DNA of 64,000 bases from NCBI GenBank assembly GCA_965215505.1, contig OZ244065.1:3616001-3680000 (forward strand), read 5' to 3'. The first letter of the stretch is position 1; the number at the start of each line of letters is the position of its first letter. Origin of the DNA: Capsulimonadaceae bacterium. Its GTDB lineage: Bacteria; Armatimonadota; Armatimonadia; Armatimonadales; Capsulimonadaceae. The notes under the pieces were generated by a model, which was not told the origin of the DNA, made no database searches, and was given only the letters and a program-made list of their open reading frames with translations. The position numbers and the translations under genes were made by a program. This document shows, in pieces, positions 1 to 9,837 of this stretch.

Positions 1-411
1 CTTGGCGTCGTCGGAGATCGGCAGCGGCCCGGCCAGGCGTTGGGCCGCCTTCTCCACCGGGGCCAGGGCGGCGGGCGGGGCGTCCATCGCCCGCATCAGG
101 GCCAGGGCGCGGGCGACAGTCTCCCCCGCCGCCTTCCGGTTCCGCTCGGCGAGCGGCGCGAGCTTCGCCAGCTTCCCCACCTGCGCGAGCCGGCTGCGCG
201 TCCGCGCCACCTCGGTCGCCGCCTTCGCCAGCTCGGCGTAGGCGAACGCGCCGCGCGCGAGCGTCACCCCCAGGGCGAAGAACTGCCGCTCGTCCGGCTC
301 CATCAGGAGCGTTCCGGGCGGGGCCGACTCGGGACCGTCCGCCGGCAGCCCCCACGCCGAGGCGGGCAGGGCGAGCAGGAACAGGAGGGCCAGGATCAAG
401 CACGGTTTCAT
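1..411 (-). CDS. Secreted hypothetical protein (5' part; runs off window start)
   Basis: Read manually: ATG at 411, MKPCLILALLFLLALPASAWGLP... signal peptide, frame open to position 1. Confidence 0.7.
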   Translation of the reverse strand, partial: MKPCLILALLFLLALPASAWGLPADGPESAPPGTLLMEPDERQFFALGVTLARGAFAYAELAKAATEVARTRSRLAQVGKLAKLAPLAERNRKAAGETVARALALMRAMDAPPAALAPVEKAAQRLAGPLPISDDAK

Positions 412-467
412 GGGGTCATTCTACCCGAACCGGGCGGGAATGCCGCCGCCAGCAGGTATAACAGAGG

Positions 468-3335
468 GTGGGACGGGGCCGCCGGGACAGACTTCCAGAA
501 CAGGCCGGAACAGACTTGACGCGCCCCGCCGAGGGAAAGAAGACTTCCTTGTCTCCGCCATCCGCACCGCCGGCCGGGAACACACTGCCGGCCGGGACAA
601 TCGCCTTCCTGTTCACCGACATCGAGGGCAGCACCAAGCTCTGGGAGCATCAGCCGGACGCCATGCGTCCGGCCCTGGCCCGCCACGACGCCCTGCTGCG
701 CGCGGTCATCGGGCGTCACGGCGGCCACGTCTTCAAGACCATCGGGGACGCCTTCTGCGCCGCCTTCACCGCCGCCCCGGACGCCCTGGCAGCAGCGGGG
801 GAGTGCCAATCGGTCCTGGAGGCGGAGCCGTGGGAGACGGACACGCCGCTGCGCGTCCGGATGGCTTTGTACGTCGGGGCGGCGGAGGAGCGGGACGGCG
901 ACTACTTCGGCCAGCCCCTGAACCGCGTCGCCCGGCTCCTGGCGGCCGGCCACGGCGGGCAGGTCCTCGTCTCCTCGACCGCCCAGAAGCTTGTCCATGG
1001 GAACCTCCCGGCCGGCGTCGGCCTGCGGGACATGGGCGAACACATCCTCAAGGACCTGGGCCGGCCCGAACACGTCTTCCAGCTCCTCGCGCCCGGCCTG
1101 CCGCGCGACTTCCCGCCCCTGCGGTCCCTCAATAGCCCCGGCCTGCGGAACAACCTGCCCCAGCAGATCTCGAGCTTCATCGGGCGGGCCGAGGAGGTCG
1201 CCCACGTCGAAGCCCTGCTGGGTAGGTCGCGGCTCTTGACCCTGACCGGCATGGGCGGAACCGGCAAGACCCGGCTCGCCCTCCAGGCCGCCGCGAACCT
1301 CCTGACCGGCGAGGGCGACGGGGTCTGGCTCGCCGAGCTTGCCCCGCTCGCCGACCCCGCCCTGGTCCCGCAGGCGGTCGCCTCGGCTCTGGGAGTCCGC
1401 GAGTCGCCCGGCACCCCCCTCAGCCGGACTCTGACCGAGGCTCTGAAAGAGAAGCGCCTGCTGCTGGTGCTGGACAACTGCGAACACGTCCTGGCCGCCT
1501 GCGCCGCGCTCGCCTCCGACCTGCTGCGCGCCTGCCCGCAGGTCCACATCCTCGCCACCAGCCGGGAGGCCCTGGGCATCGCGGGCGAGCAGACCTTCCG
1601 CGTCCCCAGCCTGTCCGTCCCCGAGAAGAAGGCGCAGACCGCCCTGGAGATGGCCGGGTGCGGGGCCGTCCACCTGTTCACCGAGCGCGCCCGCTCGGTC
1701 CAGCCCTCCTTCGCCGTCACGGATCGGAACGCCCCCGCCGTCGCCGCCGTCTGCCGCCGCCTGGACGGCATCCCCCTGGCCCTGGAACTGGCCGCGGCCC
1801 GCGTCCGCGCGCTCTCGGTCGAGGAGATCAATGACCGCCTGGGGGGCCGGTTCCGGCTGCTGACGGGCGGCTCGCGGACCGCCCTTCCGCGCCAGCAGAC
1901 CCTGCGCGCCCTGATAGACTGGTCTTACGACCTGCTCCAGCCCCCCGAGAAGGCGGTCCTGGCCCGCCTGTCCGTCTTCGCGGGCGACTGGAGCCTGGAA
2001 GCCGCCGAGGCGGTGTGCGTCGGCGACGATGTCGAGGACTGGGAGGTGCTGGACCTGGTGACGGCACTCGCCGACAAGAGCCTGCTCGTGGTGGAGCAGA
2101 GCGGCGACCGGATGCGTTACCGCCTGCTGGAGAGCGTCCGCCAGTACGCCGCCGACCGGCTGGCGGAGGGCGGCGGGGGGCCGGAGGCGCGCGCCCGGCA
2201 CCGCGACCACTTCCTCGCGCTCGCCGAGGAGGCGGACGCCGGCACGCGCGGCCCGGAGCAGGCGGCCTGGCTGGACCGCCTGGAGTCCGAACACGACAAC
2301 CTGCGGGCCGCCCTAGACTGGTGCCGGGAGGACGAGGCGGGTGCCGAGCCGGGCCTGCGCCTGGCGCGCGCCCTGTACCGGTTCTGGCGCGTGCGCGGCC
2401 ACCTGGCCGAAGGCCGGGGCAGGCTGGCGGCGGCGACCGGGCACCCCGGCGCGCGCGAACACCCGTTGGAGCGGGCCTCCGCCCTGCGGTTCGCGTCCGG
2501 GCTGGAACAGGTGCAGGGGGACCTCGCCGCCGCCCGCGCGCTGGCCGAGGAGGCATTGGCGCTTTTTGAATCCACCGAAGACGCGCGGGGCGGGGCGGGG
2601 GTCCTGCTGACGCTGGGGAACGTGGCCTTGATGCAGGACGACCTGGCCGGCGCGCGGGCCTATTACGAGCGCGGGCTGCCGCTCTACCGCCGGTTCGGCG
2701 AGCTGGCGGGGGTCGCGAAGGCCCTGGGCAACCTGGGCGTGGTCATGCAGGCGCAGGGGGACCTGGCGGGGGCGGCCCTGGTGGGCGAGGAGAGCCTGGC
2801 CTTCTTCCAGAAGGAGGGGGACGCGGAGGGCGCGGCGCGGGCACTGAGCAGCCTGGGGGAGATCGCCCACGCGCGGGGCGACGACGACGGGGCGCGGGCG
2901 CGGCTGGAAGAAACCCTGGCCCTATACCACCAAATCGGGGCGCGCAGCGGCAGCCTCGCCGGCAGCCTGCGCCTGCTGGGGATGGTGTCGCTGCGGCAGG
3001 GGCGCGTCGGCGAGGCGCGGGCGCGGGTGCGGGAGGGGCTGGCCCTGGCGCGGGAGATCGGCGACGGCCGGAGCGGGACGGACGCCCTGGAAGCGTGGGC
3101 GAAGCTGTGTCTCGCCCAGGGCCAGGCCGCCGAGGCCGCCCGCGTGCTGGGGGCGGCGTCCCGGTCGCGGCTCGCGCTGAACGCCCCGAACGGTGCCGCG
3201 TCCCAGGCCGACCTAGAGGGGGACGTCCGGGCCGCCGAGGCTTCGCTGGGTGCGGCGGCCTTCGGCGCGGCCTGGGCGGAGGGGGCGGCGCTGACCTGGG
3301 AGCAGGCCGCCGAGGGTGCCTTGGCGGACGGCTGA
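468..3335 (+). CDS. Adenylate/guanylate cyclase domain + P-loop ATPase (STAND-like) + TPR protein
   Basis: FLFTDIEGST, KTIGDAF, DYFGQPLNRVARL cyclase motifs; GMGGTGKT Walker A; LLVLDNCEH Walker B; TPR-like C-terminus; real start may be TTG 516. Confidence 0.9.
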   Translation: MGRGRRDRLPEQAGTDLTRPAEGKKTSLSPPSAPPAGNTLPAGTIAFLFTDIEGSTKLWEHQPDAMRPALARHDALLRAVIGRHGGHVFKTIGDAFCAAFTAAPDALAAAGECQSVLEAEPWETDTPLRVRMALYVGAAEERDGDYFGQPLNRVARLLAAGHGGQVLVSSTAQKLVHGNLPAGVGLRDMGEHILKDLGRPEHVFQLLAPGLPRDFPPLRSLNSPGLRNNLPQQISSFIGRAEEVAHVEALLGRSRLLTLTGMGGTGKTRLALQAAANLLTGEGDGVWLAELAPLADPALVPQAVASALGVRESPGTPLSRTLTEALKEKRLLLVLDNCEHVLAACAALASDLLRACPQVHILATSREALGIAGEQTFRVPSLSVPEKKAQTALEMAGCGAVHLFTERARSVQPSFAVTDRNAPAVAAVCRRLDGIPLALELAAARVRALSVEEINDRLGGRFRLLTGGSRTALPRQQTLRALIDWSYDLLQPPEKAVLARLSVFAGDWSLEAAEAVCVGDDVEDWEVLDLVTALADKSLLVVEQSGDRMRYRLLESVRQYAADRLAEGGGGPEARARHRDHFLALAEEADAGTRGPEQAAWLDRLESEHDNLRAALDWCREDEAGAEPGLRLARALYRFWRVRGHLAEGRGRLAAATGHPGAREHPLERASALRFASGLEQVQGDLAAARALAEEALALFESTEDARGGAGVLLTLGNVALMQDDLAGARAYYERGLPLYRRFGELAGVAKALGNLGVVMQAQGDLAGAALVGEESLAFFQKEGDAEGAARALSSLGEIAHARGDDDGARARLEETLALYHQIGARSGSLAGSLRLLGMVSLRQGRVGEARARVREGLALAREIGDGRSGTDALEAWAKLCLAQGQAAEAARVLGAASRSRLALNAPNGAASQADLEGDVRAAEASLGAAAFGAAWAEGAALTWEQAAEGALADG

Positions 3336-3384
3336 AGGCGGCCGTTTCTGCCAAATCCCGGCGGCGGCGCGGGCGGCGTCATGT

Positions 3385-3400
3385 TGGCACGAATTATGCT
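3385..3400 (+). promoter_or_regulatory. sigma54 -24/-12 promoter
   Basis: TGGCACGAATTATGCT; GG and GC separated by 10 bp; upstream of PEP-CTERM gene. Confidence 0.7.
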
Positions 3401-3485
3401 GTAATGATTACCAGATGCGCCGCCGCGCATCTGCCCACTAATCTTTTGAATGATCTTTACGCCCTTCTGGAAAGGAAACCGCCCG

Positions 3486-4136
3486 ATGTCCCCTCGCACC
3501 TTCACTGCCGCCCGCCTCGCTGCGGGCCTGCTGGCCCTGACGCCGCTCCTCCTGCTGCTGCCCGCCGCCTCCCAGGCGCAGACGCAGCCCGTGGACCCGA
3601 AGGCCGGGCTGCCGGTCATCACCGCGTCGTTCAACCACACCAGCGTCGTCTCCGTCGCCGGCACGCCGTTCAACTTCAACTACTACGACTTCAGCATCAC
3701 CGGGTTCACGAACGTCGGGGCCGGCAACAGCGCCTACGACATCTTCAGCTTCAGCAACTCCACGCTGGAGAAGCAGCCCGGCGTCGTCGGCGTCGCCTCG
3801 TCGTACCTGCCGTCCGGCTGGACCTTCGACGACAGCCACGATTTCGACCTCTCGACGGGCCTGATCGGCATCCACCCCGACGACCCCCAGTTCGGCCTGA
3901 TCTTCATCCAGAGCCTGGGCACGACCGCGATCAACCCGACAAACGCCCCCTTCGCGATCTTCCACCAGAACGGCGGCGTGGACCCCTTCACCCTGAACGG
4001 GACGCCCCTGACCGTGCGGGTGAACGCGCCCGTGCCGGAAGCCCCGACCACGGCCTCCTTCGGCCTGCTGCTCCTGCTGGGCGCGGGCGGCGTCGCGGTC
4101 GCCGCCCGCCGGCGGAAGGGCACGCTGCCGGAATGA
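3486..4136 (+). CDS. PEP-CTERM sorting domain protein
   Basis: Signal peptide; C-terminal VPEAPTTASFGLLLLLGAGGVAVAARRRK; AAGGAAA RBS. Confidence 0.85.
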   Translation: MSPRTFTAARLAAGLLALTPLLLLLPAASQAQTQPVDPKAGLPVITASFNHTSVVSVAGTPFNFNYYDFSITGFTNVGAGNSAYDIFSFSNSTLEKQPGVVGVASSYLPSGWTFDDSHDFDLSTGLIGIHPDDPQFGLIFIQSLGTTAINPTNAPFAIFHQNGGVDPFTLNGTPLTVRVNAPVPEAPTTASFGLLLLLGAGGVAVAARRRKGTLPE

Positions 4137-4137
4137 C

Positions 4138-4354
4138 GTAGGGGCGCCGCTTGCCGCGCCCTCCTTGATGGGTCGCGGCCCGCAGCGCACCCGGCCCTAA
4201 AGGGCCGGTCTACTCCCGGCTTCGCCGGTGGGCCGCCCCTTCGGGGCTTTGGAGGGCATTATCCGGGCTTCGTAGGGGCGCCGCTTGCCGCGCCCTCCTG
4301 TCCCCTCCTGCCGCCGGCGGACCCGCAGGAGGGCGCGGCAAGCGGCGCCCCTAC
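4138..4354. repeat. Cluster of GTAG-type REP-like palindromes plus one CCCGGCTTCGCCGGTGGGCCGCCCCTTCGGGGCT element
   Basis: GTAGGGGCGCCGCTTGCCGCGCCC at 4138 and 4272, inverted copy ending 4354; related copies near 17792, 35795, 39040, 40458, 42056. Confidence 0.8.
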
Positions 4355-4445
4355 AAAGCCCGAAGGACACCGCCCCGCCGGCAGGACAATCGGCCCCGCG
4401 CGGCGAACCGTGCGGGCAGTCACCCGCCGAAAGGTCACGCCCCCA

Positions 4446-6545
4446 ATGAAACCGCCGACGCTGTCGTCCCTCGCCCTCCTGCTCGCCGCGTCCCAAATCG
4501 CCGCCCTAGCCGCGCCCAGCACGGCTGCCCCGCTCGCGATTTTCGTCTCCCCGAAGGGCCGTGACACCGCCTCGGGCCGGCTGAACGACCCCCTGGCGAC
4601 ATTGGCCGGGGCGCGGGACCGGCTCCGCAGCCTCAAACGGGCGGGCAAAGTGCCGCGCGCGGGCGCGAATGTCCTGCTGCTGCCCGGCACCTACCCACTC
4701 AGGGAGACATTCACGCTGACCGCCCAGGATGACCTGTCCCCAGCCCCCGTCACCTATGAACCGCTCGTGGCCTACCCCACTGGGACGGTCCGGCTGACCG
4801 GCGGGCGGGAGGTGGCCGGGTGGAAGCCGGTCACGGACGGGGCGATTTTAGCCCGGCTCGACCCCGCCGCGCGCGGCCACGTCTTGCAGGCCGACCTGAA
4901 GGCATTGGGTATCACCGACTACGGGCAGATCACGCCGCGCGGCTTTACCAAGCCGGTCACCCCCGCCGGGCTGGAACTGTTCTTCGCCGACGCCCCCATG
5001 ACACTGGCCCGCTGGCCCAATGCCGGCCAGTGGGCGCACATCGCCGGGGCGGCCGGGGACCAGGCCGCCGGCCACTTCACCTATGACGGCGACCGGCCCG
5101 CACGCTGGGCGCAGGCCGAAGACGCCTGGGTCTACGGCTACTGGCAGTTCGACTGGGCCGACAGCTACACGAAGATCACCGGCACTGATGCCGCCCACCA
5201 TCAGATCCAGACCGCCCCGGCCACCGACCTGCTCTCCTACACGCCCGGCCACCGCTGGTATGCCCTGAACCTGCTGGAAGAGCTGGACACGCCGGGCGAG
5301 TGGTATCTGGACCGGCGGACCGGCCTGCTCTACTTCTGGCCGCCCTCCGACATCCGTAGGGGCCACCCGACCGTCTCCCTGACCCGTGACCTGGTTAGGC
5401 TGGAGGGCGTGTCGAACGTCACCCTGCGCGGGCTGACCCTGGAAGCCTGCCGGGGCGACGCCGTCACGATCAAGGGCGGATCACACGACCTGATCGAAGA
5501 CTGCACCCTCCGCAACGCGGGCGACCGGGGCGCAACGGTTGCGGGCGCGACCGACAGCGGCGTGCGCGGCGGCGAAGTGGTCCACACCGGCGAGGGTGGC
5601 ATTTCGCTCGACGGCGGCGACCGCAAAACTCTGACACCGGGGCGCAACTTTGTTGAGAACTGCCGCATCCACGATTACAGCCGCTGGGCGCGGACGTACC
5701 GCCCCGGCGTCGGCATCGACGGCGTCGGCAACCGCATCGCCCACGACCTGATCTATGACGCCCCGCACAACGCCATCCTGCTGGGCGGCAACGACCATGT
5801 CATCGAGTACAACGAGGTCCACGATGTCTGCAAGCAGACCGGCGACTCGGGGGCCTTCTACATGGGCCGCGACTGGACCATGCGCGGCAACGTCGTCCGC
5901 TTCAACTACTTCCACGACTTGAGGAACGAGACCGGCGTGAAGGGCGAGTTTCACGACGTCATGGCGGTCTACCTCGACGACACGGCGGCGGGGACGACCG
6001 TCTTCGGCAACGTCTTCGTCCGGGCGGGCCACGCCATCGAGATCGGCGGCGGGCGCGACATCGCCGTCCAGAACAACGTCTTTGTGGACTGCCGCCCCGC
6101 CGTCTCCCTGGACGCGCGCGGCACCGGCTGGGCGGCCAAGTACCTCGTCCCCGGCGGCGGCTGGACCATGCAGGAGCGGCTGGCCGCCGTGCCTTATGAC
6201 GGCCCGCTCTACGCCGCGCGCTACCCGCACCTGGCGAACCTCCTGAGCGACAACCCGGCCGCGCCCAAATACGACGTCATCCAGAACAACGTCGCCGCCC
6301 ACTGCCCGGACTGGCTGCAAATTCAGGACAAAGCGGACACCCTGCCAGGCATCACGATCAAGGACAACCTGACCGATCAGAACCCGACCTTCAACGCGAT
6401 CCAGAGCGACCTGACGGAAAAAGACCATGTCTTCGTGGACGCCGCGCACGGGAACTACCGGCTTCAGGGCGGCGCCGTGTCGTTCGCACCCGGCTTCCGG
6501 CCCGTGCCGTTCGCGAAGATGGGGCTGGAGAAGGCCCAAAAATAG
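4446..6545 (+). CDS. Secreted right-handed parallel beta-helix protein (pectin-lyase fold, GH141-like)
   Basis: Signal peptide; IFVSPKGRD..PLATL; LARWPN; LLEELDTPGEWY; beta-helix repeats; YLDD. Confidence 0.8.
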   Translation: MKPPTLSSLALLLAASQIAALAAPSTAAPLAIFVSPKGRDTASGRLNDPLATLAGARDRLRSLKRAGKVPRAGANVLLLPGTYPLRETFTLTAQDDLSPAPVTYEPLVAYPTGTVRLTGGREVAGWKPVTDGAILARLDPAARGHVLQADLKALGITDYGQITPRGFTKPVTPAGLELFFADAPMTLARWPNAGQWAHIAGAAGDQAAGHFTYDGDRPARWAQAEDAWVYGYWQFDWADSYTKITGTDAAHHQIQTAPATDLLSYTPGHRWYALNLLEELDTPGEWYLDRRTGLLYFWPPSDIRRGHPTVSLTRDLVRLEGVSNVTLRGLTLEACRGDAVTIKGGSHDLIEDCTLRNAGDRGATVAGATDSGVRGGEVVHTGEGGISLDGGDRKTLTPGRNFVENCRIHDYSRWARTYRPGVGIDGVGNRIAHDLIYDAPHNAILLGGNDHVIEYNEVHDVCKQTGDSGAFYMGRDWTMRGNVVRFNYFHDLRNETGVKGEFHDVMAVYLDDTAAGTTVFGNVFVRAGHAIEIGGGRDIAVQNNVFVDCRPAVSLDARGTGWAAKYLVPGGGWTMQERLAAVPYDGPLYAARYPHLANLLSDNPAAPKYDVIQNNVAAHCPDWLQIQDKADTLPGITIKDNLTDQNPTFNAIQSDLTEKDHVFVDAAHGNYRLQGGAVSFAPGFRPVPFAKMGLEKAQK

Positions 6546-6561
6546 GAGGGCGGGGGATAGG

Positions 6562-6627
6562 AGGGCGGGGGGACCCCGCCCCTACGGCATCCCGCCGGTT
6601 CCGTGTAGGGGCGGGGTCCCCCCGCCC
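6562..6627. repeat. REP-like inverted pair GTAGGGGCGGGGTCCCCCCGCCC
   Basis: Divergent pair; related copies near 22408, 25047, 25093, 41903, 41935. Confidence 0.75.
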
Positions 6628-8243
6628 TCTTTCCCTCCTGCGCCCTCTCCGCTCCCCAACGCCGCCCCCCACGCAATCAAAGCGTAATAACACACCACCA
6701 GCGGGGCAGGCGGCGGCGGGACGGCGCGGAAGGACCAGGGCGACGCGCCGAAGGCGCGGACGACGGCCAGGACCCGCCCGATGCCCCAGCCCGCCCCCGC
6801 CAGCAGCCACAGGCCCGCCGCGTGCCACACGCCCAGCAGCAGGACGCCCGCAAAGCCCAAAGGGATCAGGACGAACAGGGCCGGGACGACGAGCAGGTTC
6901 GCGAGCCACCCGGAGAGCGAGACCTGATCGTAGGAGGCGGCGACGACCGGGAGCGACCCGAGCTGCGCCAGCCCGGCCAGCCCGATGCCCTCCACGGCCC
7001 ACAGGACGGCTTTTGCGGCGGGCGGGAAGGAAATGCGGGCCATGACGCGCGGACGCCAGAAGCCGTCCCACAGGGGCATCGTCAGTGAGAGGGTGAGGAT
7101 GGTCAGGAACGACAGTTGGAAGCCCGGTTCGAGCAGGGCCGTCGGCTGGAGCAGGAGGATGAGCAGGGAGGCCGCGCCTACCGTCGTCGGCCCGTCCGGC
7201 TCGCGCTCGAACAGGACCGCCCCGAAGTAGAGCGAGGCCATGAGGACCGCGCGCACCACGGCGGGCCGGCCCCCGCAGACCAGGGCGTACAGAACGAGGC
7301 AGCCGATCAGAATCACCACTTGGAGCTTGCGCGGCAGGGTCAGCCTCCGGCCCAGCCTCTCCAGCCAGAACGCCAGGATGCCGACGTGCAGCCCCGCCGA
7401 GGCCAGGATGTGGACGGTGCCGGTATGCACGAAGTCCGCCAGCAGGTCCGGCGACAGCTCGGTCCGGTGCCCAATCAGGATTCCTGACAGCACGGCCGCC
7501 TCGGTCGGCGGCAGCCCGTCGTGCAGGGCATCCAGCACGCGCCGCCGCACGGCCACGGCCAGGTGCAGGAACGGGTTGAGCCGGGTCGGCCCCAAATCGG
7601 TGACCGCGCCGGGCCGCTTCACCCGTAATTCGCAGTAGACCGCCTGCCGCGCCAGATAGTCCCGCCAGGAGAACGCGCCGGGGTTCGTCGCCCCTTCGGG
7701 CGTCACCAGCGTCCCTTCCAGACGCACCCGGTCGCCGTAGTCCAGGCCCAGCCCGTGCGCCGCGTCCGGCTCCAGAGTCACGGCCGCCTCGCCCGACGCG
7801 CTTGACTCCCGCCCCGACGCCCTGACGCCCTCCGCCCGCAGGAAGAACGTCCACCGCCCCCCGCGCCGCGCCTCGGGGTCGCTGACCACGGTTCCGGTGA
7901 CCGTCACCGGTGCGGGCCGGTCCGCCCAATGGGACACGCCCGTGGCCGCCACCGTCTGGAACGAGGCCAGCCGCAAGGCCCCCGTGCCCAGCCCCAGCAG
8001 GAGCAGCCCGGACACGAAAAAGGCCGGGCGACGCCCCAGCGCCAGCCCGGCCAATCCTATTGCCGCGAGGCAGAGCGCGGCGGCGAGCGGCAGCCACCCC
8101 GACGCCCCCATCCCGATGCCCGTCGCGAACGCCGCCGCCCAGGCCAGAAGCGGCCGGTGCTGTATCCCCAAAAGCGCCCTCCGTGGAAGTTCATTCCTAA
8201 AGCCCCCGCGCGTGGCGTCGTTTCCTGCGCCGGGCGATCGCAA
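6582..8243 (-). CDS. comEC: ComEC/Rec2 family competence protein (DUF4131 OB + competence domain)
   Basis: NPGAFSWRDYL, GTVHILASAGLHV, GFQLSF, ANLLVVP; start uncertain; no metallo-beta-lactamase domain. Confidence 0.85.
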   Translation of the reverse strand: MRSPGAGNDATRGGFRNELPRRALLGIQHRPLLAWAAAFATGIGMGASGWLPLAAALCLAAIGLAGLALGRRPAFFVSGLLLLGLGTGALRLASFQTVAATGVSHWADRPAPVTVTGTVVSDPEARRGGRWTFFLRAEGVRASGRESSASGEAAVTLEPDAAHGLGLDYGDRVRLEGTLVTPEGATNPGAFSWRDYLARQAVYCELRVKRPGAVTDLGPTRLNPFLHLAVAVRRRVLDALHDGLPPTEAAVLSGILIGHRTELSPDLLADFVHTGTVHILASAGLHVGILAFWLERLGRRLTLPRKLQVVILIGCLVLYALVCGGRPAVVRAVLMASLYFGAVLFEREPDGPTTVGAASLLILLLQPTALLEPGFQLSFLTILTLSLTMPLWDGFWRPRVMARISFPPAAKAVLWAVEGIGLAGLAQLGSLPVVAASYDQVSLSGWLANLLVVPALFVLIPLGFAGVLLLGVWHAAGLWLLAGAGWGIGRVLAVVRAFGASPWSFRAVPPPPAPLVVCYYALIAWGAALGSGEGAGGKEGGGTPPLHGTGGMP

Positions 8244-8244
8244 G

Positions 8245-8438
8245 TCAGGCCATGCCGTTCAGGCCATGCCGTTCAGGCCATGCCGTTCAGGCCATGCCGT
8301 TCAGGCCATGCCGTTCAGGCCATGCCGTTCAGGCCATGCCGTTCAGGCCATGCCGTTCAGGCCATGCCGTTCAGGCCATGCCGTTCAGGCCATGCCGTTC
8401 AGGCCATGCCGTTCAGGCCATGCCGTTCAGGCCATGCC
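8245..8438. repeat. Tandem repeat, 14-bp unit TCAGGCCATGCCGT x ~14
   Basis: Perfect head-to-tail copies with no spacers, abutting a GCCATGAATGGC palindromic element. Confidence 0.95.
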
Positions 8439-8575
8439 ATGAATGGCACGGCTATTCAGCCTTCGGCTAGAAAGCACCGCTTCGCGGGGCTAGGATTCTG
8501 TCCGAGTGCCGCGAAGCGGTACTTCCTGGCGTCTTCGCCGTCTAGCCGTGCCATTCATGGCATGGTCTGAACGGC
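8436..8575. repeat. Paired inverted GCCATGAATGGC-type element
   Basis: GCCATGAATGGCACGGCTA ... TAGCCGTGCCATTCATGGC; related pairs at 38960-39140 and 40400-40570, single arms near 41822 and 54090. Confidence 0.7.
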
Positions 8576-8658
8576 ACGGGTGGATTTCGGCCATGGCGCT
8601 ATTGTACCAGATGCCGCCACACGGCTTCTACCTTGAAGGCTCCCCCCTACCGACTCCA

Positions 8659-9735
8659 TCACCTGCGGCTGCTCGCGGTCGTCAGCAGGGGCGAAACATC
8701 GAGAAGCCAGAGGGTGGCACTTTTGTATCCCATCAGAACCCGACCTGCCCCCGCCGAATGAAGCGATGTCAGGCCGCCCTCATAGGCGAGGATGCTGCCC
8801 GGATCGTCCGTCTCCTTGCCCCTTTGGTCGTACCCGCGCAGGCTGTATCCGGGCGGCCAGACGGTCCCGATCAACTGCATCGTCCGACGGTCAATGAGCA
8901 ACAGACGGCCAAACCGCGTGTCGGCGAGCAGATGGTCATCGTCTAGAAAGATGGCTTGGTAGCCGATCTCGTCCCCGAACTCGCCGCCGAGATCATCCGC
9001 CGCGAAAATCACTCTGCCCTCAATGGAGGCGGCCACCTGCCCGCCTGGAAAGGAGTGGACCTCCACGGCGTCGCCCGAATGCGCCCCGGTCGCGAACTCA
9101 CCGCCGCCGGGGGAGAGGCTGGGCATGGTCCGGTCGTCGAGGGGATATCCCTCGACCGTCAAGCCCGCGCCCGTCAGCCGCGCCAGGTGGAGAAAGCTCC
9201 CATCCTGGCCGCACGCGACGTCAATCAGCGCGCCGGCTTGGTCCGGCAGTGGGAACAGGTAGTAGTGTCCGACATCGCCTGTGATCTCCTGTTCGAAGAG
9301 CGCCGCGCCTGAGGCCGGGTCCAGGACCGTCAGCATGGCTTCAGTCCATGTATCTTTATAGGGGCGGACGTACCAGAGCCTGCCTTGCGCGTCGAAGAAG
9401 CAGCCGCTGCCGGTGAACGACTCCCAGGGGTCGTGCGGGAGGTAATGCAGGATGGCCCCACGCCGGTCGGCGATACGCAGCTCAGTCCGGCCCGACAGCG
9501 CAAGCAGCGCGCCGTCCCGGCTCATCGTAACCTGCGTCGAGCAGTAGTCCTCGGACTGTGTCCGGAGGTCGAGGTGCTGGACCTCATTCAGCCGGGAGTC
9601 GAGGATGATGACCTCCGGATGGTCTTGAAACGAGAGGACCCAGCCGCCATCGTGCGTCGGCACCGGCAGGTTCGGGCTGTGGGTAAATTCCCGTGCCGCG
9701 ATGATTTCGACTGTCAGCGACTTACCCAGGTTCAT
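8659..9735 (-). CDS. Hypothetical protein (beta-propeller-like)
   Basis: Long ORF with beta-strand repeats (SRDGALLAL, SPGGGEFAT). Confidence 0.65.
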   Translation of the reverse strand: MNLGKSLTVEIIAAREFTHSPNLPVPTHDGGWVLSFQDHPEVIILDSRLNEVQHLDLRTQSEDYCSTQVTMSRDGALLALSGRTELRIADRRGAILHYLPHDPWESFTGSGCFFDAQGRLWYVRPYKDTWTEAMLTVLDPASGAALFEQEITGDVGHYYLFPLPDQAGALIDVACGQDGSFLHLARLTGAGLTVEGYPLDDRTMPSLSPGGGEFATGAHSGDAVEVHSFPGGQVAASIEGRVIFAADDLGGEFGDEIGYQAIFLDDDHLLADTRFGRLLLIDRRTMQLIGTVWPPGYSLRGYDQRGKETDDPGSILAYEGGLTSLHSAGAGRVLMGYKSATLWLLDVSPLLTTASSRR

Positions 9736-9837
9736 ACATACCCCCCAAGACGCCAAAGGCATGGGGCCTGACCGCGCGTGTCCGTCCGCGCCCTGCGCTT
9801 TCGGTGGCTATCTACGAAGCCTCTAATTCTTTGATGC

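Noticed and set aside
408-2294. 628-aa minus-strand ORF and similar long antisense ORFs (e.g. 51131-53038, 47947-49557, 16911-17747)
   Set aside because: Shadow frames of well-supported genes in high-GC DNA; no recognisable motifs.
8245-8438. CRISPR array
   Set aside because: 14-bp units with no spacers and no cas genes; the ORFs through it (MPFRPCRSGHAVQA repeats) are artefacts.
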